From Octopus sinensis (lineage: Eukaryota), in the NCBI RefSeq assembly GCF_006345805.1, contig NC_043019.1, forward strand, positions 6,013,360 to 6,077,359: DNA of 64,000 nucleotides. Reading direction: 5' to 3'. This document shows positions 38,534 to 54,267 of the stretch, one piece after another. The number at the start of each line of letters is the position of its first letter. Positions within the stretch are counted from its first letter, which is position 1. Below the pieces are notes generated by a model. It saw only the letters and a list, made by a program, of their open reading frames with translations. It made no database searches and was not told where the DNA came from. The position numbers were made by a program, and so were the translations under genes.

Positions 38534-39025
38534 AAGATAGCAGGGCGTCATTTGAGGGGAATTAAGCTCTATTTACTAGCAGGTCGAGCAACCATAAAAG
38601 GGTTTCCTCATTCCTCTTTCTCTCGTTGTTACATTTTTGTTTGTTGTTAATAGTGATACGATGATGGTGATTACGATGACGGTGATGATATTCTTTGTAC
38701 AGGTTCATGATCGATCCTGTGGCAGCGGAGACCTTCGTCGTTCTTGGCCCCCTAGACCCTATCCCTGCTCACAGCTATCGGGATAAAAGTGGCTATTCGC
38801 ATGTGCGAGCGCTGAGTCGAAGTGGCTGTCCCAACGCCTTTGCCATTTTACTCGCTGGGACCACAAGGTCTTCTCACTTACTGGGAATTCTACGCTCCAC
38901 TCCTTCGTCTTCAATTACTCTATAATCACTGATTATTGGTTTCAAATTTTGGCACAAGGCCAACAATTTCGGATGAAAGGGTTACTCGATTATATCAACT
39001 CCAGTATTCAACTGGTACTTATTTT

Positions 39026-39435
39026 GGATCTTTTCGGTTTGAACGGCAGTTTTTAACATAATTTCCACGTAACTAAACACTTTTAAACTTCGTATACTGG
39101 TAGAATGTGTTTATAAAACATCTTTTTCTCTTGGCTTTATTGAGAAAATTCTAGAGTTTGTAAAATATTTGTTGTTTTTTCTTCAATTTCTGCAATTTCA
39201 ACCAATCAGTGACGTCTATTGAGGTAAAAAACATTCTGTGCCGTATGAATATGTCTCTTGTTTAAGAAACAGATTGGGTTTATTTACATTTGTGAAGAAA
39301 AAAAAGATACCCTTCCCCCCACCCCTAACCCTAAAAGAGATTGAAATGCAATAGATCGATTCTAGGGTCATGATTATGGGTGACAATTTCATATGACACC
39401 GCTAGAAAAAACTGCCGTTCAAACCGAAAAGATCC
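39026..39435. mobile_element. MITE copy 2 with 8-bp TSD, inserted in a family B SINE (38935-39570)
   Basis: TIR ggatcttttcggtttgaacggcagttttt; TSD cttatttt at 39018-39025 / 39436-39443. Confidence 0.9.
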
Positions 39436-39689
39436 CTTATTTTATCGACCCCTCAAAAGTATGTAAAGCAAAGTCGACCTCGGCGGAATTTGAACTCGGA
39501 ACGTAAAGACGGACGAAATACTGCTAAGCATTTTGCCCGGCGCGTTAACGATTCCGCCAGCTCACAGCCTTGGAACCAGTCATTATTAAAATATATTAAA
39601 CAACTTAATAGCAGTTGCTTAATTTTTTTTTTTTTTGTACAGTTTGCTTCGCTTCCTTTTATATTTGTTGTTGCTTAAAACATCTACGT

Positions 39690-39961
39690 GATGGTGGCGG
39701 CGGTGGTGGTGGTGGTGGTGGTGGTGATAGGGAGGGGTAACGTGGTGTAGTGGTATAGCATCAGCGTCAAGAGTGACGACTGGGGTAACAATTGCAATGA
39801 CGGTAGTGGTGGCTTTTGTGGAATGGAGGCGACGGTGATGACGGTAAGTAGTAGTAGTAGTAGTAGTAGTTGTAGTAGCAGCAGTAGCAGTAGTAGTAGT
39901 AGTAGTAGTAGTAGTAGTTGTTGTAGTAGTAGTAGTAGAGGTGGTGGTGGTGGTAGAAGTT

Positions 39962-39992
<31 letters not shown>

Positions 39993-40226
39993 AGGTGGTG
40001 GTGGTGGTGGTAGAAGTTGTAGTAGTAGTTGTAGTAGTTGTAGTAGTGGAGGTGGTGGTGGTGGTGGTGGTGGTGGTGGTAGTAGAAATAGGTTCGCTCA
40101 ACCGTTCAACATTGTAGGAACCAACAAACCTTGTTAGAGTGTCGTTCCTTTACAACTGTTTAGTTATCTCAGTACTGCCTCCTCTCTCTCTCTCCTCTCT
40201 CTCCTCTCTCTCTCTCTCTCTTCTCT

Positions 40227-40300
<74 letters not shown>

Positions 40301-40310
40301 CTCTCTCCTT
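39690..40310. repeat. (TGG)n/(TAG)n trinucleotide field and (CT)n tract
   Basis: Direct reading; source of the poly-T/S ORF artefacts. Confidence 0.95.
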
Positions 40311-40870
40311 AATAACAGCTGCTCTGTTAATGAAAGAAAACTAACTTTGGTAGACATAGTTTAGTGATAATAACGATTTTATGCTCGCAGTTAAAACCAG
40401 CGACGGGAAAGGTGATGGCCTGTTGTGAGTTACTGTAGTGGATCTGTCAATGGAATGCCAAGTCCGAACACTTCCAAAGATACATCAAGTTACTTGATAG
40501 AACGAACCATCCTATTTATTCAGTTTCGTCGAAGTTACCAATAATGACATTTCCTGAAGATGTAAAATGTATTAGGTTAGATCTACCTAATATATCAGCG
40601 TGGGGCGAGTACCAGCATCCCAAAGTAGAAATGTTCTGTCAAAGTTATAACAGCGGTTGAGATATTTTCCTTTGTGCCTGCAGCATTGGTTGGTTGTGCG
40701 CCGAAGATGTCGGACGAGCGGAAGGAAGACGCCGCCGAGCAATTTGATCGAAAGCGAAAGGTGTAATGGCGTCTGATGAGGAAGATGGAAGATTCGAGAG
40801 ATGCTTATTGAACTGAGGAAATTGGTTTGAAGGGTACGGGTGTTTGGGGACTCTGAGTACGAGAATCATG

Positions 40871-42037
40871 TGCATACATACATACATACATACATACATA
40901 CATACATACATACATACATACATACATACATACGTACGTACGTACGTACAATCATACATGCATACATACATATATACATACATACATACATACATACATA
41001 CATGCATACACATATACATACATGCATACGTACATACATACATACATACATACATACATACATTCATACATACATACAAGCATACATACATACATACATT
41101 CATACATACATACATATATACATACACACACACATACATACATACATACATACACACATACATGCATACATACATACATACATACATGCACACAAACATA
41201 CATACATACACACATACATACATACATACATACACACATACATGCACACACACACACACTCACACATACATACATGCATACATACATACATACATACATA
41301 CATACATACATACATACATACATGCACACACACATACATACATACATACATACATACATACATACATACACACATACATACATACACACATACACACATA
41401 CATACATACATACATACATACATACATACATACATACATACATACGTACAATCATACATGCATGCATGCATACATACATACATACATACATACATGCATA
41501 CACACATACATACATGCATACGTACATACATACATACATACATACATACATACGTACAATCATACATGCATGCATGCATACATACATACATACATACATG
41601 CATACATACATACATACATACATGCATACATGCATACGTACATACATACATACATACATACATATATACATGCATACATACATACATACATACACACACA
41701 TACACACATACATACATTCATACATACATACACGCATACATACATACATTCATACATACATACATATATACATACACACACACATACATACATACATACA
41801 CACATACATGCATACATACATACATACATACATACATACATGCACACAAACATACATACATACACACATACCTACATACATACATACATACATACACACA
41901 TACATGCACACACACACACACTCACACATACATACATACATACATACATACATACATGCACACACACACACATACATACATACATACATACATACATACA
42001 CACATACATACATACATACATACATACATACATACAT

Positions 42038-42070
<33 letters not shown>

Positions 42071-42147
42071 TACATACATACATACATACATACATACATA
42101 CATACATACATACATACATACATACATACATACATACATACATACAT
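40871..42147. repeat. ~1.28-kb (CATA)n compound microsatellite with higher-order duplications
   Basis: Direct reading; produces the 375-468 aa HTYI/MYVC pseudo-ORFs. Confidence 0.97.
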
Positions 42148-42161
42148 AAAGAGAGCTGTTT

Positions 42162-42408
42162 TGTCTGGGGAGAGTTATCCTCTTTTAGTGCCTTATAATA
42201 TAAGACACTCACCACTTATTTCCACTAATTTCTTATTTTTATTTTCCTAAAATTTTCGTTGCGTCTTGCAGCCTTTTCATTAGTCTTGACTATTGAAAAG
42301 GTTGCAAAACGCAACGAAAAGTTTAGAAAAATAAAAATAATTAGTGGAAATTTTACCGGTGAGTGTGTTACATTATAAGGCACAAAACAAAATGACTCTC
42401 CCCAGACA
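42162..42408. mobile_element. Foldback MITE (~250-bp imperfect palindrome)
   Basis: tgtctggggagag...ttttcgttgcg / cgcaacgaaaa...ctctccccagaca. Confidence 0.8.
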
Positions 42409-42487
42409 CAGTAGAATATGCTTCAACACACGAACTCATATAAAGAATCTTGCAAACCAAATCCAAAAACGAAACAAAGAGAACATT

Positions 42488-42689
42488 TACTCTTTACTCT
42501 TTTACTTGTTTCAGTCATTTGACTGCGGCCATGCTGGAGCACCGCCTTTAGTCGAGCAAATCGACCCCGGGACTTATTCTTTGTAAGCCCAGTACTTATT
42601 CTATCGGTCTCTTTTGCCGAACCGCTAAGTAACGGGGACGTAAACACATCAGCATCGGTTGTCACGCAATGCTAGAGGGACAAACACAG

Positions 42690-42724
<35 letters not shown>

Positions 42725-43203
42725 CATATATACGACGGGCTTCTTTCAGTTTCCGTCTATCAAATCCACTCACAAGGCACTGGTCGGCCCAGGGCTATAG
42801 CAGAAGACACATGCCCAAGATGCCACGCAGTGGGACTGAACCCGGAACCATGTGGTTGGTTAGCAAGCTACTTACCACACAGCCACTCCTGCGCCTATAG
42901 GCTATGGTGAATAAATGTGGAACCTACAGCTCTTCTACCCTGACTATGAATTCTCGTCTCTACTTATCATCATTGGTGCATTACTTTTTTACTCTTTTAC
43001 TTGTTTCAGTCATTTGACTGCGGCCATGCTGGAGCGCCGCCTTTTTTTTAGTCGAGTAAATCGACCCCAGGACTTATTCTTTGTAAGCCTCGTACTTATT
43101 CTATTAGTCTATTTTGCTGAACCGCTAAGTTACGGGGACTTAAACACACCACCATCGTTTGTCAAGCAATGGTGGGGGGACAAACACAGACACACAAACA
43201 TAT

Positions 43204-43291
<88 letters not shown>

Positions 43292-44148
43292 TACGACGGG
43301 CTTCTTCCTGATTCCGTCTACCAAATCCACTCACAAGGCTTTGGTCGGCCCGAGGCTATAGTAGGTGCCACGCAGTGAGAATGAACCCGGAACCATGTGG
43401 TTGGTAAGCAAGCTACTTACCACACAGCCACTCCTGCGCCTGCGCATTAGGTTATATAACTAACAAATTTTCACAAAAAACTACAAATACTCGGTTTTGC
43501 GGAGAAAGAGCAAAAGAAACTGACACAGATTCTCCAAATCCGATCCACTAGTGACACCGTGAATATTTGAAAGACTTTCAAAAATTTCTCCGTCTGAGAT
43601 TCCTATGTGAATAGATGCACATTCTTGAGTGTATGCATCGAGGGTTCAAACCAACACACCAATTTATCCACATATTTACAAATACCGGGAAGTCTCTTAA
43701 ATCGAAAAGTTTTATCGCTTTGTTAGCGATCGGCTTCAACTCCCTCAAAAACTTTAAAACTCAAAGGAAAAAGCCATACATACTCTTTTACTTGTTTCAG
43801 TCATTTGACTGTGGCCATGCTGGAGCACCGCCTTTTAGTCGAGCAAACCGACCCCAGGTCTTATTCTTTGTAAGCCTAGTACTTATTCCATCGGTCTCTT
43901 TTGCTGAACCGCTACGTTACGGGGACGTAAACATACCAGCATCGGTCGTCAAGCGATGTTGGTAGGGACAAACACAGACACACAACCATATATATGACGG
44001 GCTTCTTTCAGTTTCAGTCTACCAAATCCATTCACAAGGCTTTGGCCGGCCCGATGCTATAATAGAAGACACTTGCCCAAGGTGTCACGCAGTGGGAGTG
44101 AATCCGGAACCATGTGATTCGTAAGCAAGCTACTTACCACACAGCCAC
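42488..44148 (-). mobile_element. Three family A SINEs (42488-42896, 42988-43441, 43781-44148)
   Basis: Full-length family matches. Confidence 0.9.
42900..42985 (+). mobile_element. Small R4/Dong RLE remnant
   Basis: WNLQLFYPDYEFSSLLIIIGAL resembles the RLE C-terminus at ~61500 (LRNLQI..DYKFRFIPVIIG). Confidence 0.55.
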
Positions 44149-44329
44149 TCAAATCTTTGGAAAGCCCAAGACTATAGCAGAAGATACTTGCCCAAGGTGC
44201 TACACAATGGGACTGATTCCGACGCAACATCTTTCACATGCAAAGTTCTTAACCATACAACACTATCTGCACCTATACATACGTAGAAATACTTTACTTT
44301 ATAGTCGGGATCCCACCGGTCCTCGAAGA

Positions 44330-44670
44330 CAGCTATTTCGTCAAACATTTTGGGCTATCATCGTCACCTTCAGTTTGTGGATAGAATCCAAATCTGTCCT
44401 CTTTCAAGTCGTCGATAAATGTTAGACGTCCTTCATGCTTTCTGAGACCATTTTGTGGACGGCAGAGCACAAGTTTTGAAACTTCTTACTGAGAACCCAT
44501 GCAATGACCTGATATGCGGAGATGACCGTTCTCAGATCTTGCTGGTTACCTTTGGAGGGCTTTCATAGAGACTCATTAGTCATGTACTACATCAAGAACC
44601 ATTCGGAGCATCTTTGTGTAACAACCATCGAAACACTTCTTTAATCCTTGTGAGCATCTAAGTTTTTCAG
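44330..44670 (-). mobile_element. RTE-clade LINE 3' remnant
   Basis: FDGCYTKMLRMVLDV matches the LDGCYTRMLR motif of RTE-type C-termini. Confidence 0.65.
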
Positions 44671-44676
44671 CAATAT

Positions 44677-44863
44677 AGGGGCAGGAGTGGCTGTGTGGTA
44701 AGTAGCTTGCTAACCAACTATATGGTTCCGGGTTCAGTCCCACTGCGTGGCATCTTGGGCAAGTGTCTTCTGCTATAGCCCCGGGCCGACCAATGCCTTG
44801 TGAGTGGATTTGGTAGACGGTAACTGAAAGAAGCCTGTCGTATATATGTATATATATTATATC

Positions 44864-44897
<34 letters not shown>

Positions 44898-44920
44898 ATA
44901 TATATTATGTTGTTGTGTGG

Positions 44921-44954
<34 letters not shown>

Positions 44955-45167
44955 GTGTGTGTGTCTGTGTTTGTCCCCCTAGCATTGCTTGACAACCCAT
45001 GCTGGTGTGTTTATGTCCCCGTTACTATTCGGTTCGGCAAAAGAGACCGACAGAATAAATATTGGGCTTACAAAAGAATAAGTCCCGGGGTCGAGTTGCT
45101 CGATTAAAAGGCGGTGCTCCAGCATGGCCGCAGTCAAATGAATGAAACAAGTAAAAGAGTAAAGAGT
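44677..45167 (+). mobile_element. Family A SINE
   Basis: Full length. Confidence 0.9.
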
Positions 45168-45751
45168 ATATAAGAGTTGATTTTTGTTGTCCTTGACAGT
45201 TTTGACACCGATTTTCTCTTAAGCTTGTGGCACGCTGACCACGCCTAATCTTTTCAGGCTTTGATCTCAGCATCGAACCTGTCAACCCCAACTACCAAGA
45301 TACCTGAAATCCTCGGCCGAATTCTTCTTTGATCGATTCACTCATTGCTCATGGCTTGCAGGTCGAGATTAATGTTTTGGGAAAAGAACATCTGTAGCGC
45401 TTTCTTCCCATTTCTATGGTGACCGATTTTCCTTGCTGAAGTCGCTATACTACTGAGCAATATCTGTGTGTGTGTGTGTGCGTGTGTGTGTGTGTGCGTG
45501 TGTGTGTGTGTGTGTGCGTGTGTGTGTGTATATGTGTCTGTGTGTCTGTGTGTCAGTGTGTCTGTGTGTGTGTGTGTGCATGCGTGTGTCTGTGTGCTTG
45601 TGTGTGTGTGTCTGTGTGTTTGTGTGTGCGCGCGTGTGCTGTGTATCGGTGTGCTCGCACACGTGTGTATGTGTATATGTATGCATGCATGTATGTATGT
45701 ATGTACGTACGTATGTATTCCGTAATATCAGCGCCAGGCAGTGTTTAGGCA

Positions 45752-46011
45752 TAAGCGAATTTAGGTTAGTTAAAATGTCTGTGGCATATTTCAACTTCTA
45801 TAGAAAAACTCGCTACAGTTAAAGTGGAAAAAAAAATTCTCCCTTGTGTTAAAAGGTGTGAAAACACCTTTTGCTACACCTGCCAGGTATGGTGTTTTTA
45901 CATCTTTTATCATAAGAAAGAATTCTTCTTCCCGACGGTAACTTCCGTGAAATTACTTTTACAAGCTGAAATGCGTCGCAAACATATTTTAAGTAACCTA
46001 AGTTCGCATAT
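45752..46011. mobile_element. Small MITE-like element with ~45-bp imperfect TIRs
   Basis: gcgaatttaggttagttaaaat versus attttaagtaacctaagttcgc (20/22). Confidence 0.55.
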
Positions 46012-46485
46012 GTATGTATGTATGCATGTATGTATGTATGTATGTATGTATGCGCATGTATATGTATGTATGTATGTATGTATGTACGTACGTACGTACG
46101 TACGTATGTATGTATGTATTTACGTACGTACGTGTGTATGTACGTACGTATGTATGTATGTAACGTACGTATGTATGTATGCATGTATGTATGCATGTAT
46201 GTATGTATGTATTCGTGTATGTATGCATGTATGTATGTACGTATACATGGGTATATATTATATATATATATATAGATATATATATATATATATATATGTA
46301 ATGTATAGTTATATATCTATCTATCTCTATATATATATATAGATATATATTTATATTTATATATATATATATATATACAAACCATACATACATATACAAA
46401 TACGTATATACAAACAAATGTGTCTTGAATAAAAATATATATACATTTACATGCATATATACACATATAGAAATATATACGTGTG

Positions 46486-46870
46486 TACAGGGTGTTCGGG
46501 CTAAATTTGACAGTTTGCATAAAAGGAAGAGAAAACACAATATTCCATCCAAAAATAAAAGTATTTTTAACAAATCAAAAGACATCGACAAGATTATGGC
46601 TGCGAGATAATAGTTCACTCAAAATAGCCGTACTCAGCTTCTACCATGACCTCAAAACGGCTCCGGGACCTGGCATATGGTTCCTCACTATATCCGTGGG
46701 CAGTTATTGGAAGACCTCTTTGATCTTGGCCACCGACACGGCCTTGTTATTGCAGGCAGTGTGCTTGGTGTGTTTGTCAAAAGCACCCCACACGATAGTA
46801 ATCCATCGGATTTCAATCGGGGGAACTACAAGGCCAGGAATAAGGTCTCGTGACGTCGTGGAAATCCTTT
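46486..46870 (-). mobile_element. maT (DD37D) mariner-like transposon 3' fragment
   Basis: TA|CAGGGTG terminus; WPCSSPD*NPMDYY...RSRFEVMVEAE. Confidence 0.75.
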
Positions 46871-46902
46871 GACAACCACTTCTGACTCTTCAGAAAGTGA
46901 AA

Positions 46903-47276
46903 TCTTTATATATAAAAGAGAAGTTGTGTGTCTGTCTCCTACGATTTAGATTCCTAACTACTCCCACATTTTGCGGTGCAGTTTAACCAAAACCGGGTAT
47001 CTTATAGTCGTGATTCATATCGAGCCCTTCTGGGTATTAGCGCGCGTCTACGATGAGTGTACGATTTTTTAAAAAAATTACCATCATTTTTTTTCCATTT
47101 TAATGCATTTTTTTCGCTATTATATAAGGTAAGTCAATGATTTTTTAAAACATTTACCATCATTTTTTTTCCATTTTTAATGCATTTTTTTGCTACTTTT
47201 TGGGTTATAACTCTCTAAAAATGCTTATATAGTTATTTCCCTTACAAACCCGAGCAACGCCGGGCGATACTGCTAG
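46903..47276 (+). mobile_element. Non-autonomous Helitron
   Basis: A|TC start; cccgagcaacgccggg hairpin then CTAG|T; internal tandem duplication. Confidence 0.8.
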
Positions 47277-47639
47277 TTTCTAATAAAGAAATATCAATAT
47301 TTAGGAAATGCAAATCGGATCGTTCTACAAAATCTCAAAACCAAAATGAGGTTGTAAATTAAAGAAAAGGTAAAGGCCTTTTGATTCTAAATTCTAATTT
47401 TGATTCTAAAGCAGCTTATGTACATAAGCATATACATCGTCAGATTGCAGGCACAGATTGCAGTTGTCCTTGTCAATTCATACAGCCTTCATAGTGTTTG
47501 CAGAGCATTGAACAGTGATCATGATGTCGCTAGTTTTATACCTGCAACAAATCATCATGATACAGGCAATTCTTTTCCAATATTCCACTCCTCCATGTCA
47601 ATAAACTTTTGCTCAACTACAACTTTTAATCATGGTCCA

Positions 47640-48127
47640 TCCAAGTAGGGAGTTCTTGTTGAGTGTGGAGGCGCAATGGCCCAGTGGTTAGGGCAGCGGA
47701 CTCGCGGTCATAGGATCGCGGTTTCGATTCCCAGACCGGCCGTTGTGAGTGTTTATTGAGCGAAAACACCTAAAGCTCCACGAGGCTCCGGCAGGGGATG
47801 GTGGTGATCCCTGCTGTACTCTTTCACCACAACTTTCTCTCACTCTTACTTCCTGTTTCTGTTGTACCTGTATTTCAAGGGGCCGGCCTTGTCACTCTCT
47901 GTGTCACGCTGAATATCCCCGAGAACTACGTTAAGGGTGCACGTGTCTGTGGAGTGCTCAGCCACTTACACGTTAATTTCACGAGCAGGCTATTCCGTTG
48001 ATTCGGATCAACCGGAACCCTCGTCGTCGTAACCGACGGGGTGCTTCCATCCATCTTGTTGAGTGAGTTGTATCCAGGTATGGGTGGTTTGTCTGGTATT
48101 CCTTCAAGAAATTTGTCCAGATACCGT
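47640..48127 (-). mobile_element. CR1/L2-like LINE 3' remnant interrupted by a SINE
   Basis: YLDKFLEGIPDKPPIPGYNSLN|KNSLL, a typical LDKFL..IPD.P...GY..NSL C-terminus. Confidence 0.6.
47666..48053 (+). mobile_element. Family C SINE (tail type i)
   Basis: 12-bp TSD tcttgttgagtg (47654-47665 / 48054-48065). Confidence 0.92.
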
Positions 48128-48227
48128 NNNNNNNNNNNNNNNNNNNNNNNNNNNNNNNNNNNNNNNNNNNNNNNNNNNNNNNNNNNNNNNNNNNNNNNNN
48201 NNNNNNNNNNNNNNNNNNNNNNNNNNN
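48128..48227. other. Assembly gap (100 N)
   Basis: Run of N. Confidence 1.
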
Positions 48228-48967
48228 ACGTACATTCATACGACGAGCTGTATCTGTCTCCCAAATTTTATTAAAAGCATCGGTCAAGCCAAGACAATAG
48301 CCCTGTGTTAGAAGACGCCGCAATGAGGAATCGAACCCGGGAGCATGCATCTGGGAAACGAGCCGTTTAACCACACAGTCATGTCATGTTCCCATTCTTT
48401 TAATCATTAATCATCCGGCATCGCGATACAAATGACGCTTAGTCAATCCTTACGCTTGACATCACTGATTTTGTTTAGCGTTATTCAATTTCACATGAAA
48501 CTCCTACAAGATACATAAGCTCAACGTTATCTTCGAGACATTTTGTATTCTCTAAAAATGTTCTAAGAATAACAGTGAGGGTAAAGCACAACTCATTCAA
48601 TCCAATTCCCTGTCAATTTCAGATCCGAAAAGTCTTTTATCTAACAAATAATTGATAATCACTGCTTATACAAAAGGTTATCCACTCTTTTGAACTCCAA
48701 AGATATTTTCTGCCTCAAAAATGTCATCTGTCACGTGAGCATTAACAAGAACACAACAGAAATTTATTTGTCCACAGTGCTGTATTTATTGAAAAATAAT
48801 CAGTGAGGTACACTTGCCATCTCAATATGGCTAACCACTAAGGGTGAGTGTTACTGTAGCTTGTAGCCCCAGGAGAAAATCGTCTCCAGCTGGCTTTAGG
48901 CACACCTTCTGTGCCCTTAAGGTATTTGCAAAGGGAGGTCATCCTTCCCTCGTCAACCTAAGTGATA

Positions 48968-49012
48968 CGCACGGACTGCAGTTTCTAGCTTTTGACCTGT
49001 CATCAGCGTACG
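48968..49012 (-). ncRNA. Minimal type-I hammerhead ribozyme motif (canonical core, GUC site)
   Basis: CGTACG-CTGATGA-CAGGTCAAAAGCTA-GAAAC-TGCA-GTC-CGTGCG; 6-bp stem I, palindromic ACTGCAGT, weak stem II. Confidence 0.75.
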
Positions 49013-49432
49013 ACAATTACCGGTTTTCGGTGAAAGGAGGTCTCAAAGCAAATACTTATATCGTTTTTCCAGTAACTTTTCGTCACTGATCTCGAAAAAC
49101 TGTATGCAAGCAATAATAAATCTCTGAACGAGGTATAAACAGTAACACGACAATGTGACAGTAACTCTATTTGGATTGTGAGAATCCTTCAATGCTACAA
49201 CTAAGTTTGCAGATATTTTTTTAGCAGAAAACAAAGAAACTGGCAAATAAACTTAATCTCAGTGATTATATAATCTCTGAATAACTATAGTTAAAAGCTA
49301 TAAAACAGCCCTGACGTTAGTTAAACAAGACAATGACGATATCGAGTCTTTGTAGCAGTAGAACGTGAGACAATATTTCTTACGTTTATGTATGTTTTGC
49401 AAGATTCTTGATGTGAAACTGTGTGATGAAAC

Positions 49433-49820
49433 AAATATTGTTGTACTTGGGAATGGTCATATTTTGACATTTAAACACACGAACTATATATTTGGTCTTT
49501 ACTATTATTATTATTATTTTGTTCTTGTTTCTTTGTCAAAGCTCTTTCATCAAACATCCCACGTGTCTTGTTCTGCTTGAGACGAGCAGAGAAGAAGAGA
49601 GAAGAAGAAGTAAGAAGAAAGAAGGAAGAAGAAGAGAAGAAGACGAAGAAGAAGAAGAGAAGAAGAGAAGAAGAAGAAGAAGAAGAAGAGAGAAGAAAGA
49701 AGAGAAGACAGAAAGAAGAAGAAGAAGAAGAAGAAGAAGAAGAAGAAGAAGAAGGACCAAACATACAGTGCGTGTGTTTAATTGGCAAAATATGACCGTC
49801 CCAAGGTATAACAATATTCC
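49433..49820. repeat. ~65-bp inverted pair flanking (TAT)n and (GAA)n tracts
   Basis: aatattgtt...ggtcatattttg...aaacacacg...tttggtc on opposite strands. Confidence 0.65.
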
Positions 49821-50359
49821 TTAAAGTTTTTCGGCTTTTGGGGTTCTTTTTTTTTTCAGCAACACAATAAATCTTCTGAACCCTATTGTGATACACCTTT
49901 ACCTTCCACCCCCACCTCCACTTCCTCCGTGTCTATATACCCCTCTCTATACAGCCCTGGGGGTGAGGACATAACTGCATGGACTCCCAGATTTTTTAGG
50001 TGAACAGGTAAGCAGTGAGGTCAACGGTCTGAAGTCAGTGTAGCTATATTTGATATCGTAATAGCGTAATATAGAAAGTATTATGAAACCATGATAGAAA
50101 ACATTACGCAACGAGGGGAAAAAAGAAACACCGTTGTAGGCGGTCGTGAGTGTGGTGTGTGTGTTTGTGCGTGTGTGTGTGTGTTTGTGCGTGTGTGTGT
50201 GTGTGTGTGTGTGTTGTAACTATGAACCACGCTGGGCAATTACACGATTGAATAACAATTACTAGTTAGTAAACCATGTAATTTACTCTGAATATAGAAT
50301 ACCCTTAAGGGCGCACACACATGCACACACACACACACACACACACACTACACACACAC

Positions 50360-51035
50360 ATTATTTACTCGCTCTTTCTCCGTCTCACTTTCTCTCTCTC
50401 TTTCATACTCTCTTTTTCTCTCTCTCTCTCTTTCCCTCTCTCTCTCTCTATCTCTTTCTCCTCTCTTTTCTCTCTCTCTCTCTTTCTCCCTCTCTCTCTC
50501 TCTATCTCTTTCTCCTCTCTTTCTTTCTCTCTGTCTTTCTCTTTCTCCCCTCCCCCTCTCTCTCTCTCTCTTTCATACTCTCTTTTTCTCACTCTCTTTC
50601 CCTCTCTTTCTCTCTCTCTCTCTCTTGCTCTCTTCTCACCTCTCTCTCTCTTATCTCTATGTCTTTCTCTTTCCCTCTCTCTCTACTCTCTTCTCTTTCT
50701 TACTTCTTTTTTCCTCTCTTTCCTGTCTCTCTCTCTCTCTTTCCTCTCTCTCCCCTCTCTCTATCTCTTTCCCTCTCTTTCTTTCTCTCTTTCTTCTCTC
50801 TTATTCTTTCTATTTTTCCCTCTCTCTTTCTTTTTCTCTCTTTCTCTCTTTCCCTATCTCTCTCCACTCTTTCACTCTTCTTTCTCTCTCTTCTCTTTCC
50901 TCCCTTCTCTCTCTCTTTCCCTCTTCTCCATCTCTCCTCTCTTTCTTTCTCTCTGTCTTTCTCTTCTCCCCCCCCTCTCTCTCTCTCTCTCTATTTCTCT
51001 CTCTCACTTCGTCTATATAATCCTCTCTCTCTCTC
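50360..51035. repeat. ~670-bp polypyrimidine (CT-rich) tract
   Basis: Direct reading. Confidence 0.95.
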
Positions 51036-52006
51036 CTCCTGCTTCTTTGTTCGTCATTTCTGTATTTCTTCGTTCTTTCCGTTGTTTTTTCTTTTTTCCT
51101 GATCTAAACCAAAACATGGGAAAATGTTGATACTTAATAACTTCGTAATATCAATGGTTTTGATCTTCTGCCAAGACACTGGCTTACACACACACACACA
51201 CAACACACACACACACACACACACACACACTTATACATTAGTGCGTGACGGGGTACAGCCATGACTGTATCGTTAAGATATTCAAAATGTTATTCAGACC
51301 CCAACCTTAACAAAAGAAGAATATTTACGTTTCGAAACACAATAAAAACATTAATTCTGATGCAGACAAACCACCATTGAAATAGCAAAAAAAAAAAAAG
51401 CACAAATACGTTTTATAAAGATGGACAACTTAAGAAAAAATTGTCCATCTGCAAAAAATAACAAAAATTATCTAATACCATCGTGACATTATCAAAAATT
51501 TGCATAAACAAAAGTTACTGTTATTATGTAATTTTTAATCAATTGAATTTTTCGATTTATCTCCCTTGTCATTCGTAACAAGAATTCATATCAACTGTGA
51601 AGTGTTTTCTCCTTGTCAATGGTGTAACTACTGTTGATTAAACAGTCTTTTGACTCTGCATAGTAAATATATTCATCAAAATTCAGCTATAGAATAAATA
51701 AAAAAAAAGAAGCAATATTCCACATCAGTTGGCTAAACAATCAGGTAATTATTCACCGTTTAGCAATCACAGAGGTGGAAATGTAAAAACCACTTAAATC
51801 TATTTTAAGCACGTAGTTTAGAAATAGAGTTATATAGGAGAAAAGACGGAGACAGAGAGAAATAGAGATAGATAGAGAGATAGACAGATAGATGGACAGA
51901 CAGACAGGCAAGCAGACAGACAGACGGATGATAAATATATAGATAGATAGACAGACAAACAGACAGAGATAGACAGATAGATAGAGAGATAGACAGACAG
52001 ACAGAC

Positions 52007-52081
<75 letters not shown>

Positions 52082-52263
52082 CAATAGATAGGCAGACAGA
52101 TAGAAGACAGACAAACTGACACAGACAGACAGACAGATAGACAGATAGATAGAGAGATAGACAGGAAGACAGAAGATAATAGATGTAGATAGATAATAGA
52201 TGATAGATAGATAGATAGAAGATAGACAGACAGATAGATAGATAGATAGTAGATAGATAGATA

Positions 52264-54257
<1,994 letters not shown>

Positions 54258-54267
54258 AAGATAGATA

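Noticed and set aside
40840-42250. Long ORFs of 375-468 aa (HTYI/MYVC repeats)
   Set aside because: Translations of a (CATA)n microsatellite, which is stop-free in several frames
48900-48965. HDV-like ribozyme suggested by cttcctcgc/ttccctcg loops; also checked ~13190-13250 and ~33445-33475
   Set aside because: P1/P2 pairings could not be formed consistently
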